Below the pieces are notes generated by a model. It was not told the origin of the DNA. It worked only from the letters and a program-made list of their open reading frames with translations, and did not search any database. A stretch of 63,455 nucleotides of DNA, counting the filler, from Intoshia linei (lineage: Eukaryota; Animalia; Orthonectida), in assembly GCA_001642005.1 (NCBI GenBank). It is 10 parts of 10 records of this genome, joined end to end, with 100 filler letters (N's around TTAATTAATTAA, not from the genome) between each part and the next. Parts side by side here need not be neighbours in the genome. Positions count along the whole stretch, not along the records: positions 25,549 to 45,581 come from LWCA01000695.1; positions 45,682 to 51,754 come from LWCA01001717.1; 8 more parts are not named here. One strand, 5' to 3'. The position numbers and the translations under genes are program-made. Positions 37,986 to 49,531 of this stretch are shown here, in pieces (position 1 is the stretch's first letter; each line of letters starts with the position of its first letter).

Positions 37986-40900
37986 TTAATTAGTATACTG
38001 CTGTATATATTCTTCTGATGAGGGAATGTTGATTATTCCAAAACACCGTTTGCATAGATTCGTGTTTTTTTGACGTTTATAGTTTCTGCATCTCTCGCAT
38101 AATTTTGTCGACGTTTCGCGAATAATTAAGTTACCATGCTCTAAATAATATAATAATATGGTCTACCAATTAAACTTACCCAGTTCAATACTATCGCTTT
38201 TCTGCAAAGTTTCATCTAAAGGAATTTCTAAAGATTGATTCAGACTTTTTATTGTTAAATTGAATGAATTGCATTGAAATAAATCGGTTATATCTGAAGC
38301 GTGGTTATTTACAATATCCTATACATTTTTGATTATTAATGGATTTAAAATTTACCTGTAATTGTTGACTTTCATTGTTAGTAGTGTATATTAAATCAAA
38401 TTTCTTTGGTCGTTTTGTTTGAATGTGAAGGTAGAAAGATTTTCGGATTTTTAAGAGTGTTTGGATTTCTTTGTTGTCTTCAAGTTTGACCCTATTATTT
38501 TTACTTTTTAAGCCTTTGTCATAAATTGGGTTTAATAAAAATGAACACTTCTTTTTTCCTATATTATTATAAAAAAAATAAATAAAAATTACCCAGTATC
38601 TTGTTCAAATTTGAATTAATTTCTTCGGCGAGATAGGGTAAAACAGGAGATGTCAAAATGGTTAATTTTTTTAGTATGTAAATCAATGTCAACTTGGTAG
38701 AGTGCAAACGATCTGAATCATCATCATCGCAATATAATCTGCAAATTTAATATACTACGAAAAGTGAAACGACTACATAATCAAAAATAAAATCATTAGT
38801 CAAACGCAAATAAACACACAATTGGTAAAATAAAAATTTAATATTCACAATTAGGGTGCATTAATCTTGTTGGAAACTTTAATAAGAATTTCTGAGGGAT
38901 CCAATAACCAATTTTTAATATTTTTCATTACTTGGCACCACATTTCGCCGTGATGAGGTTCAGCTTTAATGCAACAATTTTTTACGTATGCTTGTTTCTC
39001 AGAATCGCCATTGATCAGTTCAAATTTATAAAAATGACACCACGAATCACCATTGTCTCCATCAACTTTGATTGCTCTATGGAACCATTCTCGCGCTTTG
39101 TTAATTTTACGATCCTGCCAAAACATTCTTGCGGCAGCGACTAAAACTTGCGGATCGTGTTCACATCTTCTGAGTGCATCGATACACCTAGCTTTCGACT
39201 GAGCTCTAGTTTCAACTTCAATAGTTTTCGCCCATAGAATTCCAGAATTCGGACACTCCTGGAGAGCTTTAGATAGTAAAATTTTAGCAACGGCCATATT
39301 TTCAATGCTGATTTCTATCCTTATAGACTCTAGCCACAATCGATCAGTTTTTGGATTTGCTAAGCGGCTACGCTCTAAAATAGATCTACCTTTTGGAATT
39401 CGGTTCAGTCTACACTCGAACCTACTTGCCAATATCCACAAATCTATTGACCTAGGACATTTTTTAATTGATTTTGCAAATAATTCAGGTATTTCATCAA
39501 ATTTTTTTTGTTGTTCCTTTATTTGTGTTAAAATCATCCATAATTTAGGCTCAGATGAGAAAGTTCGCATTGCATCATTGACAAGTTTTAACGCCTCGTC
39601 AATGTTATCAAGACACCACTCTAATTTGGCAGATTTAATGTAAACTCTAGCGGTAGGTGCTTTGGCTCTAGCACTAGTCAATAATTTCCTAGCTCTATCG
39701 TGGTCATTGTTTTCACTCTCCAATTTCACTGCCGCTAGCCATATTTTTTCATTATAAGGGTTATATTCAAAAGCAGCCTTTAGTACGTCTCTAGCCATAT
39801 CTACTTTACCCCGTAGCCACAATTCTTTTGCTCTCATCAACCAAAGCAAATCGGCTTTCGGACAAATTTTTACGGCTCTTTCTAAAACATTGTCAAAACT
39901 TTCACTTGTTCCGTAATTTTTTTCAAAATAAGCCAAAGCTTGCCATATGGATTTTTTTTTCGGCATCTTTGTTACCATATGTTCATAAACTTCACGCGCA
40001 CATTCTAAACAATTGTGAGATATGAAAGACTCTGCATCATCCATCCAAATTGATTTTCTATCTTCTTTGTCAACGTCAATATCTATTACACACTGCACAA
40101 TTTGTTTTGCTGTCAATATACTTTTAGCGGTTTCACACAATTCTGCTTCTTTGAGCCAATCGTCTCGTTTTATTTCCACGCTATTTGCACGTAACATTGT
40201 CAATCCTCTTTCTAATAACATTTTAATCATGGCTATATTATCATTTGATTCTTCTAATTGAGCAGCCGCGATCCAGATGATCCTTTCAGTGGGAATGCTT
40301 TGACGAGATTTATTCAAAACTTGACGCGCATTTTCATATGATTCAAGCTTAGCAAGAGCTAACCATAAATCTACACTAGTAGGACAGCATTCAACGGCTC
40401 TAGTTAACATGATTCTTGCATCTTCTTTTTCTTCCAATTCTACGGCTAATTTCCAAAGTCTAACAGAATTAGGTATGTATTCGAGGGCTTTTCTGTATAC
40501 ATTTTTTTTATTATTCAAACTGTCTTCTAATTCTGCCGATTTAACCCAAATTTTCACAGAATTGCTGAGGTTTCTAATCGACAAGGCAATTATACTTTTA
40601 GCTTCTTCCCTAGACAATAATCTCACTGCTTCAAGAATCATATCTTCACTGTGGGGACATTTTTCAATTCCTTTCAATACATAATTTTTAGCAGTTTGTA
40701 GTTTACCAGTAACTTCTTCAACTCGGGCAGATGCTATCCAACCCGGTGCATGATTTGGATTAGTTTCTCTGACAGATTTCAACAACAATCGAGCCTTTTT
40801 CACGTCGTTAATATCACCACCTTGGTTAGGATTCATAGATTGAAGGTCTGTCAGGTATCCTTTAGGGTCAACTACAGTTTGACCCGTAACAGAATCGCTA

Positions 40901-43900
40901 ACTTGATTTAATCGAATATCCATAAGTGTGTTTCGAGCTTCACCAATTTTTTTCATGTCAATATCAGCAACAGGTGTGGAAAGACCGCCCGTAAATGGAG
41001 TTGTAATTCCGCCAAATTTTTGTTCTCTCGAAGAAACTGCCATGGAATTTTCAGTGGCAGTCACAGCACTGCGCAAAATACTGTCTGGCACTGGAGTAAA
41101 TTTTTCCATTCTGGGGTTCCTTTGTCGCTTATTTCTCGTATCACCTACTTCTGGAATACTCATCCAGTCATCTTCAGAAAGTTCTCCCAGTGGTCTTTTT
41201 AAATCAGAAAATTGTTGCTGAATTTTGGGTCGTTCTTTGTGATAAATTTCTAACAATTTCTTACGTTTAAATTCTCTACGTTGTTTACGTTTTTCGTCCA
41301 TTCTACGATCAATCGAATCATATACTTCATCTGCTTCAACGTCATCTTTTTCATAGGGATCATTACTGCACAAACTTCCACCATATCCTGCAAATTCGTC
41401 AAAATATGCATCGTTCAAATCTTGTGTTCCATCATCCTTAGGCGACGATCCAGCTTGCGGTATATCAATAGCTGCTCGAGCGGGCCCAATATCTGATCTA
41501 GTCGTAAATCCTGATGCGCCACGGCCTATTCCAGGTACATAGCCCGGCGGTGCATCCTGTGTCATAAATAGACGATTCTTTCTGTTATCAATCGACATTT
41601 AGAAATTTATATTTTTCTATTAAATAAAATTAACTTCATTGTATATATTTTTCATAATTGTTGTTAACAATATTATACAATAGAATGTCCCACTTTTTTT
41701 TATAGAAAAAGTATACCCCGGCAATGTTTCCCATTTACCTCAAGGGTATTATATATAAATTTGTAAATCATAATATTAAGGTTTGGTCAGGCGCGGACCG
41801 AATGAAATTTTAATAATAAATCAGAATGAACATAAAGTTATTTATGAATATTACCTGAATTACTATTCATGCTTTTTATAAAATGGATATTACTAAGCGT
41901 ATCAAAATAAATTTAGATTAAATATATAATTTACAAAATCACATATCGAACCTCTATACTTGCTTTCACTGGAAATTCAGAATATTTGTAAATTTATAAA
42001 ATTACTATTTATTACTTATATAATAAAATTCTATAAACAACAAAAGGATTCGAATAAATAACCAAGATTTTAATTTTTCTGTTTTAAAATTAATTGCACC
42101 TCATACAGATGACTTACATGATAAAGATTATAAATACGGTCAAGTTGATGTTATATCAGTAAAAAAAGCCGATATGGCATCCATTATTACAAATACCTCT
42201 ATTTGAAAAATCAATTCAATGCTAAAAATGTCCAACAATGAATCAAATAAAGGTTCAAACCAAGTAAAAGTTCACTATTTTATAATATAAACAAAATTTT
42301 AAAAACCGTTAAAAAAACTTTAATAAATAATGTATCTTCGTTTATCCAGAACTTATGTTTACATTTTGACGGAAAAAGAATAATTAGATATGACGGCCAT
42401 AAAACTGAGAAACTGGCTGTTTGTATTTCTGGAGAAAATTATTCAATACTCATTGCTTTACGGTCATTAAATAATAGTAAGGGTCTTACAATATACCAAT
42501 AAATTCTAAATGTCTTGAAGTTATTTACATTATTGTTAATATTAATGATAAAATATCAATGATGATTTGCGACACAAGAAGCTCCAACACCGGTATTCAC
42601 CAGGGTGTAATAACTTATTTGAAACAGATTTTGCCAGAGTTTACATACGAAGGTTGTCGGTTTCATATATTAGACCTTATACTTAAACATGTTTTTTATA
42701 CTGTTTTTCAAGTTAATACAAATTCGTCCAATATTCCATTTTCATTTGTAACAAAACTTAAAGAAAATTTTATTATAAAATCTAAATATATCGGAGAAAT
42801 TAATATAGAACGCAATGCTAATTTACAGGGAAATTGGCGTAATGACTACAAAGAATTATCTGAACTAATAGACGCTTATAAAACTAATAAAATACCAAAA
42901 AGTCCAATTATCAAACTTAAATAGCCGAGTGCATTTCTAATTCTCGTTGGAATGCAAAAGCATTGAAATCATACATCTTAAATGTGGATAGAGCACCAAA
43001 GATGAATCAAATCTGTGATTTTATAGCAAATGTTTGGTTTACATGCAGATTTCAAACATTTGAAGAATGGGGTTCCTTAGAAGCAGAATTGCTATTAAAT
43101 TATCCAACGGTAGCTAAATGTTTGAACAAGCATTGGCTTCGCAAAAACACTTTGAGCGGAAGGCTAAAAATTTCGTACTCAAACGAAATAGCAGAACGGG
43201 CTTTAAAATGCATGGATGACTATTTCATTTGATGAAAAATTGGAACAAATGTATATAAAAAAATTAAAAATTATAATTAAAATATTTAAAATAAACTTTT
43301 ATCTAATTATACGACTATAAAAATACATTATTTTTTTGAAAATAAAATTTTCGTACTTCGCCTGACCAAATTAAGATTAAATTATAAATTAAAAGCGACA
43401 TCTTACATTGTATACAAAATGGGACATATATTCAAAAATACTTTTTGAATTTCAAACAAAAATGTTAAATTGGGACACTCTATTATACAAGTACATTTTT
43501 GGTTAGTTATCTAATTTTAGTATTAACTATTTAATTTCAGTGGTTCTTAAACTTAGATCCACAGATTCGTTATTTCAATAAAAAATTTTGATAAAAAACG
43601 TAATAAACTGAATTTAAACTACATGTAGTAGTCGAATGTAGCAAAAATTTACTAAGTAAAACCATTACTGGTTAGCAAACCGCATTTGGGAAACGCTGGA
43701 CTAAAGATTTAATAATAGCAAAAAGTGAAAAGACCAATGTGTGATACTTAAGGAAATTTTGCATTATCTGTAAAAAGTGTACCATGAATCAGAGCTGACC
43801 ACACATGTTCGACGCCCACGCAAAAATTAACAATATACCTAAAAGTTTTTGCAAACGACGTGTAATACCATATAGCCCGAGGGACACAAAATAATTGTAT

Positions 43901-45215
43901 GGTCAAAAATAAATAATATACACGGTATAATTAAAAATGTATGTGTTTAAGTTTAAAAAAAAAAGAAAAACAACCAAAAATTAAATAATAAATTAAATTA
44001 ATTATTATTATATTTTTAAGTTAAGGTTTAAACTAAATTTGTATAATATTTACCTATCTTTAATGGCAGTGAAATAAATTGCAGAGAGATCATTGGTAAT
44101 GAAATAATCAATAGCGTTCAAACCTTGGTCGTACTTAAAGTTATGATAATAATTCCAGACTTGATTGTAGGTTTCGTCCATCGAACATTTTATATAATCA
44201 TCTAGAAATCCAATCTTAGATTTTTCATTTTTCTGACGATCTATTAATTATACTTTTATTCATACTTATCAATAAAATGTTTATCAAACTTTAAAATTAA
44301 TAGACAGTGTATGTATAAACTCAAATATGAATTTACAGGTCAGTTACAAATATTTTTATTTTTTTGTATTGCAAACCAAAAATTATATTCTCAAAGTATC
44401 AAGTGTTATACACTGTGTAACCATTTATTTAGAAAACTGACAGCCCTATACATTTCAAAAATAAAAATTAGTAGTCCATTTTTTTCTGCCTCTGAAAGTA
44501 AGATACATTTAAACTTCAAAAATTGACATCTTCACGACCAAAAACCCAAATTATTCTTTTCTTTCTCAACCTGTAAATCTTTTATACATATACACTTTCA
44601 TTATACCAGTGGTTCACATTTCAAATAGTATAAGGACCCCATTTCAAAATATTTATTTTTTTTGAGCCATAAAGGAAACATAAAATATAAAACATTAAAA
44701 AAATTAAAAGTTTTTTTCTCATTAGATTTGGTAAAATTGTGTTTTTCAAAAAAATATTGGATAAATAAGATTTTTCCGTAAAGGGTTGGTAAAATTGGAT
44801 TTTGAAAAATAATATTGGAAAAAGGGGATTTTTTATTTCTAATTTGGTAAAATTGAATTTTTCCCTGAGGGTTTGAAATGGTATTTTTTATTTAATTGGT
44901 TTAATGGTGGGATAAAATTTGGATTTTTGTAAATAATAATGTAGCTGTCATCTATGCTTTGTGATAAATTACCAACATCTGGCAACTCTGTAATAAATAT
45001 TAAAAATTCTCCTATAAAAATAAACAAAAGTTGATAAAATTTTATTTGAATCTCACGGACCTCCAGGCAGTTTTGTATCACTAGTTTTGTATACCAAGAG
45101 GTCCAGGGACCCCAATCTGGAACCACTGCATTACAAGTACAACTGTATAATATAAAACAAAATAAAACGTACGCTTGTTTAAATTTCCGATTATAAATTT
45201 AACAGAGTTTCTAAT
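37986..45215 (-). CDS. IARS2: Mitochondrial isoleucyl-tRNA synthetase, last 6 exons (anticodon-binding domain and Zn finger); 5' part not found before the 45582 linker
   Basis: Exons 45215-45173, 44240-44054, 38738-38593, 38558-38356, 38318-38180 and 38140-37986 splice in frame: [26 protein letters not shown]|[22 protein letters not shown]...LCKRC. These are bacterial/mitochondrial-type IleRS motifs. Confidence 0.9.
38851..41598 (-). CDS. PRPF6: Pre-mRNA processing factor 6 (U5-102K), intronless, 915 aa, nested in an IARS2 intron
   Basis: [62 protein letters not shown] repeats and a C-terminal AEPHHGEMW. The ORF is open and full length. Confidence 0.98.
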   Translation of the reverse strand: MSIDNRKNRLFMTQDAPPGYVPGIGRGASGFTTRSDIGPARAAIDIPQAGSSPKDDGTQDLNDAYFDEFAGYGGSLCSNDPYEKDDVEADEVYDSIDRRMDEKRKQRREFKRKKLLEIYHKERPKIQQQFSDLKRPLGELSEDDWMSIPEVGDTRNKRQRNPRMEKFTPVPDSILRSAVTATENSMAVSSREQKFGGITTPFTGGLSTPVADIDMKKIGEARNTLMDIRLNQVSDSVTGQTVVDPKGYLTDLQSMNPNQGGDINDVKKARLLLKSVRETNPNHAPGWIASARVEEVTGKLQTAKNYVLKGIEKCPHSEDMILEAVRLLSREEAKSIIALSIRNLSNSVKIWVKSAELEDSLNNKKNVYRKALEYIPNSVRLWKLAVELEEKEDARIMLTRAVECCPTSVDLWLALAKLESYENARQVLNKSRQSIPTERIIWIAAAQLEESNDNIAMIKMLLERGLTMLRANSVEIKRDDWLKEAELCETAKSILTAKQIVQCVIDIDVDKEDRKSIWMDDAESFISHNCLECAREVYEHMVTKMPKKKSIWQALAYFEKNYGTSESFDNVLERAVKICPKADLLWLMRAKELWLRGKVDMARDVLKAAFEYNPYNEKIWLAAVKLESENNDHDRARKLLTSARAKAPTARVYIKSAKLEWCLDNIDEALKLVNDAMRTFSSEPKLWMILTQIKEQQKKFDEIPELFAKSIKKCPRSIDLWILASRFECRLNRIPKGRSILERSRLANPKTDRLWLESIRIEISIENMAVAKILLSKALQECPNSGILWAKTIEVETRAQSKARCIDALRRCEHDPQVLVAAARMFWQDRKINKAREWFHRAIKVDGDNGDSWCHFYKFELINGDSEKQAYVKNCCIKAEPHHGEMWCQVMKNIKNWLLDPSEILIKVSNKINAP
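41681..43482 (+). mobile_element. hATm-like DNA transposon with a decayed transposase, inside the IARS2 intron
   Basis: TIRs TAGAATGTCCCA / TGGGACACTCTA and perfect 8-bp TSD TTATACAA (41673-41680 and 43483-43490). Transposase motifs [31 protein letters not shown] and [10 protein letters not shown], interrupted by stops. Confidence 0.88.
44607..45128. mobile_element. hAT-type MITE with an internal ~30-bp repeat array, in an IARS2 intron
   Basis: CAGTGGTTC...GAACCACTG ends. Flanks CATTATAC / CATTACAA match 6/8. Internal TTGGTAAAATTG repeats. Confidence 0.7.
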
Positions 45216-46439
45216 CTAAATAAAATGATGCACAAATTTAGACTAACAGACCGGTTGCATTATTATGTAATGCACCAGACAAAATTAATATCATTAGAAA
45301 GAATTTTGATACTTTAAGAATGAGCTACACCCATGGCCGTGAAGACCCAGCAATAGGCCCGGTCAGATGACAATTATAAGGCCTATAAATTTTTTTTAAA
45401 TTGAGATGTCTATATAATGTTTAACCCATTGCAACATTGACATAAAAATGATGTTTTAATGTGCTTTTTTATAAATGTTATAGTTACGTATATTTTATAT
45501 TTCACTGACAAATCGTATTATTTATTATTAATTAATTACTTAATTAATTGTAATTTAAATTTTAATCAATCAAAATTATACNNNNNNNNNNNNNNNNNNN
45601 NNNNNNNNNNNNNNNNNNNNNNNNNTTAATTAATTAANNNNNNNNNNNNNNNNNNNNNNNNNNNNNNNNNNNNNNNNNNNNTGGTTTTTGTTAGATATAT
45701 TAAATCTAATACATTTAAGGAAGAATTTTTGTTCTATAGTGAGCTCTAAACCCATACAAAAATTATAGATATTTTTAAAAATGTTTAAATGAAACTCAAT
45801 TTAAGTCTTAAATAATAATATTAATTTTGGCGGACTATCAATTGATCGTAAAAATATACTAATACAATTATGTAATACATATATTAAAATTTACAATTTA
45901 ATTAGATAAAAAATATTCTCTGGTGTGAATACCATATGGTATCTTAATATTCCAGTTTTAACTTGGGTCTGTTGATCTACGATCATTTGAAAGGACACGA
46001 TAATGATGAATGTTGAATAAATTCAAGAGCTATTAAGTTTAAATATGACAATTTTTACGGATTAATAAATAATATTAATACGCATTAACGTTTTTTAATA
46101 AGCTACGCGTATGTCTATTACTGAAATGTCCTCCAACGAATATTGTTTGAAAGGAAAAAAGCATGTTTTCATAATAGTTTCACATGAAATATGTTAAAAC
46201 AGGACTTAATATTATTGGAAAAACGAGAATTAAACATAAATTAAAAATTTTTTTCAATGATTAAAGAATTGCTGCCAGAAGAGAATCGAATAAACGTACC
46301 AATTTTGTAGAAAAACTACTAAATATATTTGACTGTACAAAATCAGATCTATTAAACATTTAAATTTAAGTAAAAAATGGGGATTAGGTATATGACTGAA
46401 CCATCCATATTTTTCAATTATTTTGATTAAAATAAAAAT

Positions 46440-47141
46440 ATTGATGCTACAATTTCAAAAAAAAATGTGCATGAACGTATATACATTTCCAATAAAGAAA
46501 TATGTGAAAATCTATATAATTCATTCCTTCAAAATTTTTAAATTATTTTCAAAACTTTTGGTATAAAATTTAAATTATAACACTACAGCAACGAATTTAT
46601 AAAAGTTCAATTTTGATACTTATAAACGTGCTATTTTTTTAATTATAATTGTTTCAATTAACATAAAATGGAAAAGTGAAATTCAGAAGCAAACAGGCCA
46701 TAAAGGTGAAGAATGGACGTCTCAATGATTCATGATATTGAAAATGACCAAATAGGTTTTTTTAATTTTATTTTTTCTGGAATTTATGACAATTTGACTC
46801 TTACTTTATTTTTAATATTATACACATTCAGTCTAATTAAAAAAATGGGATAAAAATTATTTTTAAAATTCTTTACGCAAATGTTAACAAAAAAATTAAG
46901 ATGGAATGATTCACTTTAAAGTAAAAAGTAATGATATAATGGTTCCACCTGAAAAAAATTTGGGAACTATCCTTTAAAGGATTGATAATAGTGAATAGTA
47001 AGATTTTTTACGTTAGATACATTAATTATTGATTAAGATTGGTTAGATTTTCAACGTGAATGAATTTTTCTGGTGGAATAAAAACGTGGTCTCGGCAGAG
47101 CTAGGTGCTGTTTGTAAGTAGTACATCACAGTCAACCTAGT
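46440..47141 (+). repeat. Dispersed repeat, possibly a non-autonomous Helitron; relatives at ~1600-1750 (-), 24716-25010 (-), 53500-53790 and 60880-61100
   Basis: Shared blocks TACTTTATTTTTAA(T/G)ATTATACAC, TGTTAACAAAA and GATTGATAATAGT. This copy ends with a GC-rich stretch followed by CTAGT. Confidence 0.5.
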
Positions 47142-47322
47142 AAGAATATAAAACGATTAAAGCAGTATACTGATTAATTCTGAGAATAAAATTATAAATA
47201 TTTATTTTAAAATGATAGCGATATTTATATTTTAACAAATACAATATGTATGCTAGAATCAAGATTTAACAGATACTATTTTTATGCAATAAATAATGCA
47301 ATTATATACAGATACAAAAGAT

Positions 47323-48092
47323 CTACATGTTTACAAATCCACCGGTCTGTTGAGCAAACGCATCGATACAGTCTCCATCTTCAAGTCCAAGCTAATAAAA
47401 ATATTAATAATTTCATATCAGTAAAGGTCAATTTTATCACTTCAATGAGACAGAAAGGGTATAAGATGTATATATAAAAGAATATAATATAAGTACATGA
47501 TAAATTTAAATAAAATTGATTTACAATAATTTAATTGTTAAGAAAAAAATACCCAATCTGAAAAATGACGTACTAGTCAAAATTAAATATATTGAAATTT
47601 TCAGTGTTACTCATAAATGGTATTAATGTAAGTCTATCGTTTCATTATACAATTACACTGGATACCAAAAATTAAGAATAAAAAGAACCAACGTTATTTT
47701 AAAAATGAAGACTAGTTACCGAATTAGGAGTGTCTGTTTCATTAATTGGGTCTCCATCAAATCGGAATCTACTAGTTTCATATCGCATAGCCTAAATTCA
47801 ATTAGAAAGGAAATTAATTAAAATACAGTTTTTTCCGTGAATGCCTTCATTAATTTTCTCATTGGTGTGGTTCGCTTGATTTTAAAAAGGACCTCTGTAC
47901 CTTCTTGCTCACATACTTTGAGATTGATGTATTCTACAGATTTTTTTTCTTTCTAAATTAGAAATTCAATTTTGTATTAAAACGATTGGGCATTTATATA
48001 AAATAACAAAAGTTAATTAATTTAATTATTTATATACCAATTTTAAAAGTAACCTTTTCTGTTTCACCGTTTGATTTATGATCTTCAGCCAT
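47323..48092 (-). CDS. SUMO: Small ubiquitin-like modifier, 101-aa precursor (4 exons)
   Basis: Exons 48092-48054, 47952-47827, 47791-47720 and 47391-47323 give ...EYINLKV...FKIKRTTPMRKLM...RFRFDGDPINETDTPNS|LGLEDGDCIDAFAQQTGG-FVNM*. Confidence 0.96.
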
Positions 48093-48919
48093 ATTAATTT
48101 TTAAATATTATTTATAACGTGTCAACGATAAAAGATAATGTAATGAAAATGTTGCCATAAATTAAATAATTTGTCTGCAAAATCTAGTACGCTGTTATCA
48201 AATTCTATATAAAAATTACAATTGCTATAGTTTATAGCAGAAAATATAATAAAGTTATACCAATTGTCATGGTGTGTCATGGCTATTAACGTTTACTTTT
48301 TATTTTGCTAGAAAGGCTTTCTTTATTTTAAAACTTGCAATACAAAATTAGATTAATGTCTATAATGCAGAAAAATACGATTTTTCAAGAAATACATTTT
48401 AATTTTATGTCAATAGTAGGTTATTCTACTTTGGAAAATACAAGTTATATTGACGAATTTAGACAATTTTACCAACACAGCATTGTTGATGGTGTTTCAT
48501 GATTCATGAATTATTCAAATGCTAATGTTAGGGACTAAACCTAAACTTTAGGCTAAACAAAATGAAGAGAAATTAAATAAAATTAGAAGAACCGCATAAA
48601 ATTTTATTTTTAATTATTTTTACATTTTCCCGTAATACTTATGTCATACATTACTTTTAAAATATTTATAACTGTTCTCATATTATTTTTCTCTAATTTT
48701 TCAGCATAATAATAGTACTGGGTAAAAGCAGTAATTATATTGAGGATATCCTATAATATGAGACCACTAAATGAGCCATTGAGGATTTGATAAAGTTACA
48801 GTTTTTGGAACGAAATGTGTTATTTCTTATTCTATGAAAATATTAGTATCTCAAAAATCAAAATATTTTAACCTTTGGAACCATCACGATCAAATAAAGG
48901 ATAACTATTTTCATTCATC

Positions 48920-49074
48920 TAGTGTGACCAGAAAAAAGACGTACTATCAATTTTAGTTTATTTGATGATAAATGTAAAGCCAAAACTACTTATGATGACA
49001 AATAAAAAATTTCGACTTAAAATTTATTCCAAATAAACTAAAAGTGATAGTACGTCTTTTTTCTGGTCACACTA
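48920..49074. mobile_element. MITE family A copy 2 (reverse orientation, 7-bp TSD ATTCATC)
   Basis: TIR TAGTGTGACCAGAAAAAAGACGTACTATC. ATTCATC lies at 48913-48919 and 49075-49081. Confidence 0.88.
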
Positions 49075-49264
49075 ATTCATCTGCAAAAGGAACCTACAAT
49101 AGGGTGTCACATTTTATAAAATTTTTTAGCTTTTCATAAACCTGTCATACAGTTTATTTATCATACCCTAGTAAACTTTATTCATATTTGGTGATATCTA
49201 ATGTAAAGAAAAATACGATGTGTTTCCTGTATTTATTACATTTCACACTAAGAGTGTGTAATAC

Positions 49265-49531
49265 CAGTGCCGAACCTACCAAGCTCAAGGTCACAGAAAA
49301 TCAAAAATCGGCTCCAAATTTTTTTTTGTCCACAGTATATTTGTAGTGTCATATAATAATGAATATGCCCCTAGCTCATATCGGAGGTTCTTCACTTGAT
49401 ATTTTAAATTTAATAGACAAGATAGTTGTAATATATTTTTTAATATTCAATTTCGAAAATGTAGGTCGATTTTATCAAAATTTCGATGATCCCACCCGAA
49501 GAGGTTCTCGGGTACGTTAGATGCGGCGCTG
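49265..49531. mobile_element. hAT MITE, family B copy
   Basis: CAGTGCCGAACCTACC start. Flanks TGTAATAC / CGTAATAC match 7/8. Confidence 0.8.

Noticed and set aside
38932-41496. Eight plus-strand ORFs opposite PRPF6 (also those opposite BIG, FoxP and the C3orf20-like gene)
   Set aside because: They are antisense shadows of real coding sequence, with no recognisable motifs.
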